DNA of 64,000 nucleotides from Lingula anatina (Eukaryota > Animalia > Brachiopoda), in the NCBI GenBank assembly GCA_051362555.1, contig CM120640.1, positions 45,362,788 through 45,426,787 on the forward strand, written 5' to 3'. A program made the translations under genes and the position numbers. A model generated the notes under the pieces. The model made no database searches and was not told the DNA's origin. It was given only the letters and a program-made list of their open reading frames with translations. Below, piece after piece: positions 12,710 through 31,052 of this stretch; within the stretch, counting starts at the first letter, position 1, and every line of letters begins with the position of its first letter.

Positions 12710-15700
12710 GATGGACTGGAATACTGAAATCAGTGAAAACCAGCCCTGTGAGTAGCCTAAATGCCTGGAATGATTTGTCACATAGACAAATGTGAAAGAC
12801 CAGTAAGTCGTAAATCACGTTGCTACAGCATTACATAATTTTTAAGAAACAATTGACTATTACCAAATAACCCTCAGTTTCAATATAAGCCAAATGCCAC
12901 TAATGTACCTATTGTCATAGTTCCAATCATTAATATTTCACTCATTACCCCTTTCTAATACAAACACCCACAGAGATAAGTATCGTAATGGCTTACTCAT
13001 AAGATTTTTGGTTTCTTCTTTTACTCTGACCAATTGTTTGGGTCTGATGATCAATAAACTCCCTTTCCATTAACACTCGACATTATGCAGTTGTGAAACA
13101 TACAGCAACGAAGGATAAGAAGACTTAACATAGATTATGGAGAGACTGGCCTTGAAATTATTATATAACATACATCTTGGTATCATTCATTGGTAAACAC
13201 AATCTTATTAAAAAGATCAATCTGATCGGAATGCATAGGATTAATGAGTTTCCTGGTGTTTGTCAACTTGTTTCCACGGCTTGTCAAGCATCAATATACA
13301 TGTAACCAGTTCCAAACACCGAAAGAAATCATTTGTATATAGGACTATACGTGTGTTCACATTTTTACACCAGTGGTTCCTAATCACTTCCCATAAATCT
13401 ATGGTTTGTTAGGAAGGGCATTGATTTTATTATAAAGTTATTGTAACGTGCTTTTGGTTTATAAACGCAGACTGCATTTTAACTAAAAACAAAAAAGATA
13501 TTAATGATTGACATATATAAGTACTGTACTGTACCTCTTTAAGTTCAACATAAAAATATTCATGTCGGATAAACTTAGAATTCTTCAGTGCAACTATTTT
13601 CTGCCCGTCATTGCGCCAATATTTGAAAACTATTTGAAAATCTATAAACTATATGCAGGCGAAAAATCCGATCTTGACCCATGATAATGTCATAACTTGT
13701 GTTACAACAATCCTTATTTGATAAATATGAATTTCAAGAGGAATTTCTTATCGCCCATCGTAATTTTTCTTCATAAGTAGGTAACCTAAGCCGAAAGCTC
13801 TCATCGTCAGCCACTAACAATAGAAATAGTGTGAAAAGTCCAACTGGCTCGATTTAGGCCTATGGTACCAATACGCCAGTCTGGGAACTAAGGTGCAGCG
13901 ATTAGTTTTCAAATGGTTTTCAAAAATACGCCAGGGAAGTCACAGAAGAGAATATGAGTGCAGTAAAATACTTAATGAGGTACATGGGGAATAAGACGGA
14001 AATAAATGCAAACAAATGCCAAATATAATTGGAAGAAGTCTGCAATAAAAATAATAGAGATAGAAGGGCATAAGGTTGTAGTTGCCTTCGGAATAACGAT
14101 TTGAATATCTTGACTATATTGTAAACCACCAGTGGGTAAGTAAATTATTAAGGTTAAGGTATTTTTGTTATGTTTCAATGGTAGGAAATACACCAGATGT
14201 CGTGAATTAATGCACTTTTGTTGATATCATATTGATTTGCTCGCAAGTTGAAATCGTAACAACAAATCAGCGACAAATCGGTTACCTAACCGCCACGACT
14301 AAATGTTAACCAGACATGTTGACGATGTTCCACGTTGGTATTGATACTTGGGCGTTGGAGAATTGCTCACGTAGTAATTAATGAACCCATTGAAAACTAT
14401 GCAATCAACAGGAGTCAGATGAGCCAATGAACAACAACACCACATTAAAATGGCATCGGAGATGATGTTAAATTTTATCTTGACTCTCCAGGTGCTATTA
14501 GATCGAAATGATTGTTGAAAATAGGAGCGCTTTTCTAAACAGATAAATGTTTAATTCGTGGTTTAGGAGGCATTGCCTCATTTTTGCCTCATTCTTTTCT
14601 TATTTCAATAATAAAACATAACGGTTGTTGACACCGGTAAAAAAGTTTGCTGTTTTTCTTTGGCCTCTGACTTCTGAGAGGCAGGCTGATACCAAGGTTT
14701 TGAGAACCCAATTTATTTTTTTTTCACGAACAGTAATGAAAAACAAAAACACATAAAACAATAATACGCAGAAGACTGACAAATGTGACTATAATTCCAC
14801 GAAACATGCAACCACTATCGTTAGCTCAAGGACGCTCTTACGGCAATGGAAATCCTGCTTTATTATTCCACTTCATTTAGGTACTTGGACAATTTTAAGG
14901 TCTGCTACTTCATTGTCAGAATTTCCTTGATGCAGTTCCTGTCTCCCACAGTAAGTCATTAAAGCAGTATATATCCAATGTGCATTGTGTATCTGAAGAG
15001 AATGATTATTTGTTTCCATGTCGCAGCTGGCATCGATTTATAACAGATTTGCAACAAAGACCTGTCGCTGCATGAACATTGAACATCGAGTTATTATTAA
15101 GATCACCGTAGCTTTGAATAATGAAGTGAGCACTGGCTCGCAAGTAGTCTTTTTTCGTTTCGGGTTGACGCACACTCGATTTTTTTAATTGGCAGGCAAT
15201 GTGAATTTCTGACTGGAGCGAAAATTTTTATCTTGTCAGCTTATCGATTTCTTCTCCTTCCTTTCATCATTATTGTTATTCAGTGGTTTCATTTTCTAAA
15301 ATGAAATAAAATAGAATAAAATAAAAGATTCAAGTTAGTCACGTTTGGAGTAACACTGTATATTTGATAGTTTGAGATTTTAAGACTCTGGGTTTCTTCA
15401 TGTGAATAGTACGGAGAACAATAAATATATAAAACACTGCAGATTCAATTTTTTTCGACATAAATGTCAGATGAAGCAAAAAGTGAAAGGAATGAAAGAT
15501 TCCGACACTTCCTTTACTAGTAAGGCATGGATTTGTCCATTAAATGAAATCAATAGCTAAGTTGGTTAATAAAGTCAAGAAACGCCGTTACACTAAGGTG
15601 TCAAAATGTCAGATAAACCATAAAGGCCCATGTCTTCGTGATTAATGGGTGTTTCCCTCGTAAACTTATTTAATGACTACCTCGAGATTGAATACCCTCC

Positions 15701-17011
15701 GATGAATCTGTGACTGCTCTATGCTCATTGAACACGCAGGATTGTCATCTACTATGAACTGAATGCTGTCCTCTTCTTCATCAAACTTGCGCCTTATCGG
15801 AATATAAAGAATATGAACAATGTACCCAACATTACCAATGGTAACCACAAACCTTAAACACGAAAAACAGGTATTGACAAAGATATTCTGCAAATATGTT
15901 GACACAAACAGAAAATGGAACAATACCCCGTATGAAATGTCAGCCCCGTAAAATGACGGACACATTCATAATTGAGGAACTGCGCTTGTCATTAATCATT
16001 AAAGTCTCTGGAGTTTGCCATGATTTAGAACCAAAAGAGTCAATAATGACCCTTAAAGGGAAAGCGACACTGGTGCTTTTATTTTTTCACTCTATGTCGG
16101 ATCGGACTTGAAATGTCAAGCCAGAGCCAAAGGAAATACTGTTGAAAACCGTGAGATAGAAATGGCATAGTGCGCACCTGGTAAGTAAATTAATGCTAAG
16201 GTGTTCGCCGTATATTGCCTAATTCAATAACGTACTTTACACTTGGCAGGGCACATAACTACAAGTGTACTTCTTCATTTAACATATTTTGATTGAATGA
16301 AATTTTGTTTAGAGCATAATTTCTGTCGTAGTCGTTTCTTCAGAATAGTGTTTTACATGTATGATGTACGTAAAAAAAAGTCATATAAGGCATTAAAAGG
16401 TAAACCGTTTACGTTGAATATGAACTGTCATATCTATGTCTGGGCGTTTGAGGTGTCAATTTTAAGCAGTGCTTATTCCAAAATTGTATCAAATGTTTGT
16501 GAACTCATAAACCAATTTTGAAAATGTGATTGTAGCTGTGATAAATACAGATTCATTGCCTGCTGGAATAAAGAACTGGAATCAACTGAGTCCAACGGTA
16601 ATTAGAAGATACAAGATGCCACCGTCATTAGCACCGTGAAAAACATCTTTTTATATCAATGCCGATTGACCAAAGAGGAAAAGAAGACACGGTCGTCATT
16701 TCCTTTAATTACATTCATTAGGTTAATTCGGGATGACCCCTGTTCGATTGATTATTATTATCGCGGGTGATGAATGTTTTTATCATTTATCAGAACAGTT
16801 TCTGACAAAGTATTAAAGAAATGGCAAAATTTAATGTGTGAAGCATCAATGAGTTTGAGTATAAAAGCAAGAAACTGTTCGCCCTGTACCACACCAGAGC
16901 CTGGCAAAGCAAAAACTCCACGCGTTTTAGCCTAATTGACGTATTTTTCTATTTTTTTTAGAAATATACGAAGAAAATACCTCCATATAAGAATCAAAGA
17001 AGATTGCAAGC

Positions 17012-18181
17012 ATGTCTAACTACACCTACATCAACGCATCAACTGTCGCTGAAGACCCTCATGCTGAAGACGACTTCGTAAGAGCAATCCAAAGAGTCAC
17101 TGCTACGTTGTACGAAACATTCCCAATTGTTTTTCTGATATTTGGGACTTTGGGCAATACTTTAAGCTTTGCCGTGCTAACAAGAAAAACGATGCGCAAG
17201 AACTCAACCACTTTGTATTTGGCAGTTTTGGCAGTCACCGACTTGGCTGTCCTGTGGCTGGGCTTGACCAGACATGCCGCCATTGCCTTTCAGAACAAAG
17301 ACGTGAGATTGCTGCACTCTTCTCTTTGCAAATTGCAACGATTTTTCTTGTACTTTAGTTTAGACTATTCAGCGTGGATTCTAGTCGCTGTAACAGCGGA
17401 AAGGTGTTTTTCAGTGTACTTTCCACTGAAAAGCCTTACTACATGCACCCGAAAACGTGCTGCAATTGCTCTTGCTTGCATAGCAACGGCTATGGCTCTG
17501 AAAAACGCCCATGTTTTTCTGAGTCGTGGACTGCAATTTGCCACAGATGGTGACGGGAAAACGATCCTCGTGAGTGTGTGTGGCTACCCCTCGCCAGGGT
17601 ATAAATTCTTTTGGAGCTATGTTCTGCCCTGGATCGTGTTTTTGGTCTATGCTTTGGGCCCATTCCTAGTTATACTCGTTCATAACCTACTGATCATAAG
17701 AAAGGTAATCCAGCTTCGCAAAAAAAGAGAAACTATGATCGCAAACAGTGGGAGTGTAAACTCGGATCCAACTCCTGCTGCTGTCATCGCGACATCTTCC
17801 AGAGACGATGGGCCAAATTCTCAAGAAACAGCAGGCACTGCCGGAACATCAAACAACATAGCTGCGCCAAGTAATGAAGGTTCATCTTATCAAAAGCGAG
17901 TCACCCAGATGACCGTCATGTTAGTGACTGTTTCCATCACTTTTCTTGTTCTCGCCACCCCAAGCTTTCTTCATGGTATTGTCAGCCCGCACTGGTACCG
18001 TGCTATTGAAACCGATTACGACAAGGCAGTGTTTGGTTTGATCAGAATAATAGTGTTGATGCTCAACTATCTTAATCATTCGGTTAACTTTATTTTGTAC
18101 TGTATTAGCGGAAAGCAATTTCGACTGAATTTTTTAAAGTTAGTTTGTAGAAAGAATAAGGTAGGACCACTTGCACAATAA
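17012..18181 (+). CDS. Class A (rhodopsin-like) GPCR, FMRFamide/sex-peptide receptor/GPR139-142-like orphan group, single coding exon
   Basis: 389-aa ORF with 7 hydrophobic segments. Motifs: GTLGN (TM1), LAVTD (TM2), Cys at the TM3 start, ERC for DRY, NHSVNFILY for NPxxY, N-terminal glycosylation sites NYT/NAS. A splice acceptor at ~16961 and candidate donors at 16181 and 14951 suggest 5'UTR exons. Confidence 0.92.
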   Translation: MSNYTYINASTVAEDPHAEDDFVRAIQRVTATLYETFPIVFLIFGTLGNTLSFAVLTRKTMRKNSTTLYLAVLAVTDLAVLWLGLTRHAAIAFQNKDVRLLHSSLCKLQRFFLYFSLDYSAWILVAVTAERCFSVYFPLKSLTTCTRKRAAIALACIATAMALKNAHVFLSRGLQFATDGDGKTILVSVCGYPSPGYKFFWSYVLPWIVFLVYALGPFLVILVHNLLIIRKVIQLRKKRETMIANSGSVNSDPTPAAVIATSSRDDGPNSQETAGTAGTSNNIAAPSNEGSSYQKRVTQMTVMLVTVSITFLVLATPSFLHGIVSPHWYRAIETDYDKAVFGLIRIIVLMLNYLNHSVNFILYCISGKQFRLNFLKLVCRKNKVGPLAQ

Positions 18182-18821
18182 CTGAACTTAATGAATGGAA
18201 CATGACACTAAATAAACTATTTTAGATACATGGATAATAGTTTAAGCAATGGATATCCGACAAAATTGTAAATTTTAAATCAGCCCACCAAGTGAAATAT
18301 TTTTGTGCTCTGGGTATTTTTAGACCTAGTAAAAGCTTATATAAAATGCATTGGTTTTGAATTTGACTTTGAGGTAGGGATAGGACTAAAGAGATTTTTT
18401 TTGTTAAGATAACCGTACTTTTGTCAACCATCCACTTGATCTGAACAAAAAGTGATGACGATTGCCAAATATTAGTAAACTAAAGATAGTGCCTAGAATC
18501 TTGGTTTGGTGCTTTCCGCTGAAATTTAATAAACTCTTTTATTCACTGGTATAAACATTGTTATAAAAGCTATATGAGAGAGGAATTTTCTTTTAAGGAT
18601 TGAAGAAGGGCAAATAGTTAAAGCATGGGATATTTAATAATAAATTCATTATGGTAATTATTTAATAATTGGAGTATGGGTATTTTCTGTTACATATTGC
18701 TTGGAAATCAATTTTTGTAAAAAAAAAAAAAAAAAAAAGTAATGGTAGATCAGTACAGAAAAATGTAAAGCTTGCCTTGCTTAAAGTGCCATTTACAGAT
18801 AAGACCACAAGACGTTACTCT

Positions 18822-18822
18822 C

Positions 18823-18863
<41 letters not shown>

Positions 18864-18877
18864 GCGCGCGCGCGCGT
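18822..18877. repeat. Compound (CT)n(CA)n(CG)n microsatellite
   Basis: Directly visible. Similar tracts at 20672-20717 (GA)n, 23782-23862 and 40162-40205. Confidence 0.95.
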
Positions 18878-20668
18878 AACACAAAATATAGATGTTTTGA
18901 TCGGTTTTGAAACCCTTTTTTGTTAACACCATCAGTGTCGTGTACATGCTTAAATAACATGTACTATGTAGTTATAAATTTAGCCCAACAGACAGGTATA
19001 AGCAGATTCGAGCGTCTGGTTAATTCCATTCTTAAAGGTACATACGAACCGAGCATTGGTGGAGTGTGGATTCCGAGTAACACATGTAAACCACTTCTAC
19101 TAGATTCTTATATGACTCAAATAAATTCGACATGCCAAGGGATAAACTGAATAGATCACTCGATCAGCCATAAAAGACCTTTAGACTGCTGCTTTCTTTA
19201 AATTTATGGTTGTAAATTTAACCTACTTCCGTGACCTACTTTCCTGCCCCATTGACATACAGCTTAGAATGCCAGCAGAAAAATCTGTTCAAACATCATT
19301 TTCGGGTAAAATTAAACAATGCCTTTTGGTAATTCTCTTAGTTATACTACTTGAAACTATATGCTGGCATTTGGTTGGTTTTTGTGACAAAAAATTGACT
19401 TTGTATGCATCTTTAAAGAGTACATCGTTACGAAATAGTGTTCCTGTGCTGCTACCATTAATTTTTGACATAAAAAGTGCTTTAAATCCAAAAGACATAT
19501 TTTAAATAAACATTTGGTGTTTATATACAGTTTATATGCACACTCAGTCAAGTAAATTGTGTGGAATGTTCAAAATGTATCACATACTAGTATCGGCATG
19601 CTTGTTTTTTTAAAGGCTGCAAATGTTATTATGTTTGGTGTCTTTATAATCAGAAAATGATTATTAATGATATAGTTTAGTGATATGTCTGATTAGTTTT
19701 TCTTGAGATTTATTTGAAATCTAATGCTGTCTTAATTCTACTCAATAGAAGACTACAACAATAAATCAATAAACTTATTTAAGGAAAATATGTTTTAAAA
19801 AGCCATGCCAGAGAATTAGTTTGGTAAAAAGGGATTTAATTTTAGTAATAATTTTTTTTAAAAAATGAAAACGTGGGTGCTCTTGCTTCCTACAAAACAA
19901 TGTCAACTCAAACGCGGGATCACATAGCGGTAAAGAAAAAGATGATATATTGATGCTCCATTACTGTCGTCAAGACATTCACCTTCATTATTTCCTCATT
20001 ATATCAACCAGATGAAAAAACGACGTTCGTTAATGTCCTGGAAAGAGCCATTAGTCTTCGCGCGTCACACAAAAATTCTTATAGAGAAGGTTGAATAAGC
20101 ATCTAATGAACCATTACCGCCAGGTTCATTAGAGGGCGTGATTGCACATTCGCAAGTGTGTCTAAGCACGTGCTTGTTTGCATGTGCGTGATCGGGTCCA
20201 AAATTTGTTTGTGAACTTCTAAACCGATATTTGTCATCAAATATGTGTGTGGGGTTGTAAGTGTCAAAATCATTCAGTGCATAATTTTAAGTTAACGTTT
20301 TTAAGTTAGACTATCAGTGCAAAAATAAAATGTTCTTTGGTTCCATAAGACATTTAACTTTCATTAAAACCTCAAAATATCCACCAGTCCACCAGGAAAG
20401 AGCCATTATACAAAAATTCTAATCGAGAAGGTTTTGCTTGACTGGCAGTTGAAAAAAACGCCCCTTGTTGTCAAAGAAAGTGTAATACAGAAATGATTCG
20501 CAGCTAATTTGTTTCAGCTAAAACAGCGTACCCTTTCTATCATGGTTAGTAAATGTCAGTGTGATTTTGTCAAATAAATCTGCCTTATTCTTAGAGTTAT
20601 CCTTAAACAAGGGAATTTTTCTAATTATAAAATACAAACATTCTCAAGTGCACAAATACACACAAAAC

Positions 20669-20719
<51 letters not shown>

Positions 20720-21522
20720 TCTACGAGGATGCATTCATCTCCCCTTAACAAATTATGTAAATAGCAAAAGGTAAATCGCGTTTTTCTATTGAATTCGTCT
20801 ATTAATGGGTTTAAATTACCATTATTCATTAAATATTCTCTGTAAAGCTGTTTATCTCAATCGAAACAAAGTGCATATATTTCCTGTTGGTGTGCAAATT
20901 CCACATTTGTCAAAATCTGTCATAAATACATAGTAAGGTAAAGTTCAAAATAAAACAATTTTGAATAAGTACAAATAATTGAAATATGGATTTATTCTCT
21001 GTTTAAAGGTTTTCATCGTTGGAAACCATATGCCTAGGTTAATTTTTTTGTGCCTTTAAGCATGCTTACTAGTATACTAATACAGTGCTAGGTGAAAGAA
21101 AAGCTTCACCTATAAGTTGAACACATACTGTAACAAAACAGACGGTGATATCTCCGTGCAAACATTAAAATTGTATGGCGTGGAAGACGAAGTAAAAAGA
21201 AATTTTGGCCTCAGATATGCGGACATTCATATCTTGAGACTGATTTCCAGGAGTGAAGAACTGAAGTGTGCCTGTCAATGTGAAGAAGAAGCTAATCACG
21301 TACAAGAGTGTTTGAACGACTGAAGTTCCTCTCAAACTGATTAAAGTTTTAAAAAAATTACATGTACATGGAATAAATGAATTGTCCTAATAGCACACCT
21401 GGTTCAAAATTGCTTTGGCATTACTTGATCTTTGATTTGTCCCTCAGACTGATAACAGGTGGCATAGAGAAAAGGCGTTTTCTTAAGAAAAATGAACGCT
21501 GGTCATTTAAATGGTCACAAAA

Positions 21523-27497
<5,975 letters not shown>

Positions 27498-27769
27498 CTT
27501 AAAGTTAAAAGTCAATCTATTAGACGATCTAGATCAGAAGATTTGGACCTATTTATATGATGTTGACATTTTCCAGAAAACTGAAAATAGGATTTTAAAA
27601 CTTGCAGTTTTAAATACATTTCAATCACATATTACATAAACACATAAGCTCTACTTGACTGAATTTACCAAAACCGCAACATTCAAAGAATGTCACATTC
27701 AAAATTTAAAAAAATGTTTATCATCTAGTTCACGTATAGGCCTAAGCCATCATCTCACCACACACATAC

Positions 27770-27884
27770 CTTGTCGGTTCAGTGTCCACAGTGTCACTGT
27801 TTTTGAAGTCTCCTGAGTTCACTATAAGTTGTAAACCGTGATATTTAAGGGTGCTACTTGTATCTTACATTTCCTCACATGACT
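27770..27884 (-). promoter_or_regulatory. Putative cathepsin L promoter and non-coding first exon
   Basis: Minus-strand donor GTATGT at 27769 and acceptor at 27581. TATA-like CTTAAATAT at 27849-27841 and M-box/CLEAR-like AGTCATGTGA at 27884-27875. Confidence 0.45.
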
Positions 27885-28301
27885 ATTGTGACACTGTTAT
27901 CGAAGTGCAAAGGACGCCCTTTGAGATATTGGTTATCGGGCCATACCTCGCCTCTTAGCACTATCTAGAAATTAGGTGATAAGAAATAGGTAGAAAACGT
28001 TCTCATAGGCTGACACTGCGATGCGCTTGCCATGATTCTACGTACAGGTCAAACCAGAAATAGAGGATACTCTCGTGGCATCACGATGACGTTTCGTCCC
28101 ATTTGTCCGTGCCAAGACGCACTGCAATGGGTGTAAGGGGTGGGGGTACTTTACATGGTGATGGGTATATGTAACACAAAACCAAGGTCGTTTGCTTGGA
28201 TTTAAGGATATATCATAGTTGATGCAAGATTTATTAAAATCTCATAGTAAGTATTTTAAACAGAGCCCTTGGGTTGACAAGTTTGAACTCTGTTGAACTA
28301 C

Positions 28302-29180
28302 ATACACTACAATACAATACAATAGGCTACAGTTTATTTCATGTCGGAAAGAATGAAAGTACAAACATTTGCTGAGTAGCTATTCACAGACAGAATAAGT
28401 TAGATAATGATACAATGTTTACTACTACTATTTCTAACTACTTCTATTGATTGAAAGTACTACAGGAAAATAAGACCTATCAGCTGGCATACTAGTAGTA
28501 TGATACGTGATTATAGCTGGTAATTAATTAAGTTTACATTGAGACATTATCATTTCAGTTTAAATATATCATTATCCATATACGTTGCAGAGATTACACT
28601 TGCACTTAGGTCCTTCCCATTTTTAAGCATTGTTTTCACTTCATTCAGACTAACACATTGTTTGATTTCGTTTGGTAAATCATTCCAAATTTTTGGGCCT
28701 AAGAAGGATATTGATATTTTTCCATAGGCCTGTGTCACAGTGCTAAACCTGGACATGTTTAGAACATCATTTCCTCTAAGATCATAGATTGATTCTCTTC
28801 TCTGAAAGAGTTCTGTTACTGCAGGGGATGCAAGGCCATTTACAACTTTATATATTTCTGTAGCCAGTATCCTTAGCCTACTAATGTGAAGAGTACCTGC
28901 CAAATTTAGTAGATCATGGTAAGAAATAGCATGGTCGTTGTATACAAAACGAAGGCCCTTTCCTGGATTTTTTTTTTAAGTATTGGCTTCCCCGCAGAAA
29001 TGCCACACGAGTGGGCAGTAATTAAAATTTGACAGAGTAAAATTTCTGAATATGCAGAGTTTACTTGGAGCGTCCAAATATGATGAGAGTTTTCTTAATA
29101 CATTTAACTGGCGGGCACTTTTCTTGCAAAGTTCAGATATATGCTTATCAAAGGTGAGCTGTGAGTCAAAATATACATGT
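28302..29180 (-). mobile_element. 5'-truncated non-LTR retrotransposon (CR1/L2/Crack group), ORF2 C-terminal remnant
   Basis: Minus-strand translation: LTFDKHISELCKKSARQLNVLRKLSSYL..SNFNYCPLVWHFC..LRILATEIYK..YDLRG..GPKIWNDLPNEIK, with a stop and frameshift. 3' end has AATAAA followed by a (TTGTA)n tail. Confidence 0.85.
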
Positions 29181-29927
29181 ATTCATTTTTCCATCAGTTT
29201 TCTAGATGTCATCTTGTTCTTCGTATAACTTTACTTTTTTAAATGTCTTAATCCACTATTTATCTACCGTTTGATAGACCTACGCCTGAGCAGCAAACCG
29301 CTACTGAGCTGCATTTATTGTAGGGCCTGTGTTGTTCACTTTATGTTGTTCACTCTATGTTGTTCACTTTTGAACATATATGTTCAATGGCATAGCCAGA
29401 AGTAAAGGGAGTATTGCAAAAAGATGACCCCACTTATCTCTCTGACCAAAAGCGCACTAGTAGGCCTAGTCTTTAACAAATTATAAAGTATCACTGAAAT
29501 ATGAATTTGTATTCTATTTCAGAAGCCCTTGATATCAGGGTGTAACTAAGCTCGATAGACAATTTATTTAACTTGACACAATTAAGGTCTATCAGTTCTT
29601 TTACAAAAGAACATGCACTTGCAATATAGCGACGATACTGGAGGAAAAATTCAATAAAACCGGCATTCATCACACACTTCACTTCATCGTATGTAATGCC
29701 CTATCAAAGATATTACTAGATAACTGTTCATGATAGATTCTAACGAGAAATTCATTTTAAACTGGGGAGAAACAGATTAAGAGCCTGTCCACTTAATGCT
29801 CTGACAGTTGGCTATCAGTGTTAGGTACGTGGCAGTGATGGTTGAAATAGGTGTGACAGTGCACAACAATTGCGTTTTCTAAAATCGCATCTAACACAAT
29901 ATCCAGACAGTCTTGACTGAGAGGACG

Positions 29928-29962
29928 CCGCATGCGCACACAGCAACCGGAAGTGTCGGAAG
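29928..29962 (+). promoter_or_regulatory. NRF-1-like site plus tandem ETS/GABP sites upstream of UQCR11
   Basis: CCGCATGCGCA (29928-29938), CCGGAAGTG (29947-29955) and CGGAAG (29957-29962), 40-75 bp upstream of the ATG at 30002. Confidence 0.6.
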
Positions 29963-30001
29963 GCGAAAGGATAAGGCATCAAATTCCTCAAAAATATAAA
30001 A

Positions 30002-31021
30002 ATGCCGTTCGGTTTTACCTCCAAACATTTAGCCAAGAGGGCGGTACGAAACTGGTACGTATCGTGAACAAATATAACCAAATGACCTGCTTAATGATCA
30101 TGGTATTAAGGTGTTTTGCTTAGCATTCACTACAGGAACTGTTCAATAATTTCACGATCTTGCTGAATCCTAGCTGAATCCAACGAGGGACCTACCTCTT
30201 GCCGAATCCAATGTATCTAGAACAGAAAACCTTATGGGTTTTCATATGGCCCATCAAATCTGCTGGTTTGAAAAACACTAATGAAGCAATGATTTTAAGT
30301 ATAAAGGTTTTTTGTGGTGAGCGGGCCGGCATAGCATTAATTTTACCGAAAATTTAAATTGTCACGTTGGCCCAACGCTTGGCTGTCACCTTGATTGGTA
30401 AGTAAACGAGCGTCGTATGCTTAATTAAAAACCGACCTTAGACTGCCATACAAGTCTATCATATCGCAATAGACCCGTGATCAACATCATTTAACGCAAA
30501 ATGAATGACGCTAAATCCCCTACAAACCAACAGAGACAGTAATTCAAGGTAAGCTTGTGAAACAGAATCACCCTAAACGGACAATAATAACAATCCAAAT
30601 AAAATAGAACCAGACATCTCAGCTGTCTCAAACTTGGTGAAACTAAGACAAATCTTTTAAGGTACATCCCCTTTGTTTATAAATCTGATATATGAATACA
30701 GAATCAGTGCTAAATGCCTATGTCTAGCTGCACAGTCCCAAGAGACCATACTTAACCCTGTAATGCCAGACTTGACATAGGCTTGGGGGTTCAAACCAGA
30801 CGTCTATTGACCTCTGTTAAAAAAAAAAAAAAAAAAAAAAAAAGTGGCATGGTTGCTTTTTCATAAACCCAGTTTCATATGACCCCTGAGGCAGAGCCTA
30901 TGCCATGTATGCCATTACAGGGTTATGCATTGGTTGCCCCCAACAGTAACAACACCCACATTAGTAGTAGTGTTACTTACCTGAATAGTGCTAGTTATAT
31001 CTACAAACTGGGATTTTATAT

Positions 31022-31052
<31 letters not shown>

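Noticed and set aside
15666-15965. 99-aa minus-strand ORF with a plausible acceptor at ~15853
   Set aside because: No recognisable domain and no in-phase partner exons found.
30975-30984. ACTTACCTG as a U1 snRNA 5' end (also at ~32078 and 22457)
   Set aside because: No U1 body follows. These are reverse-complement splice-donor matches.
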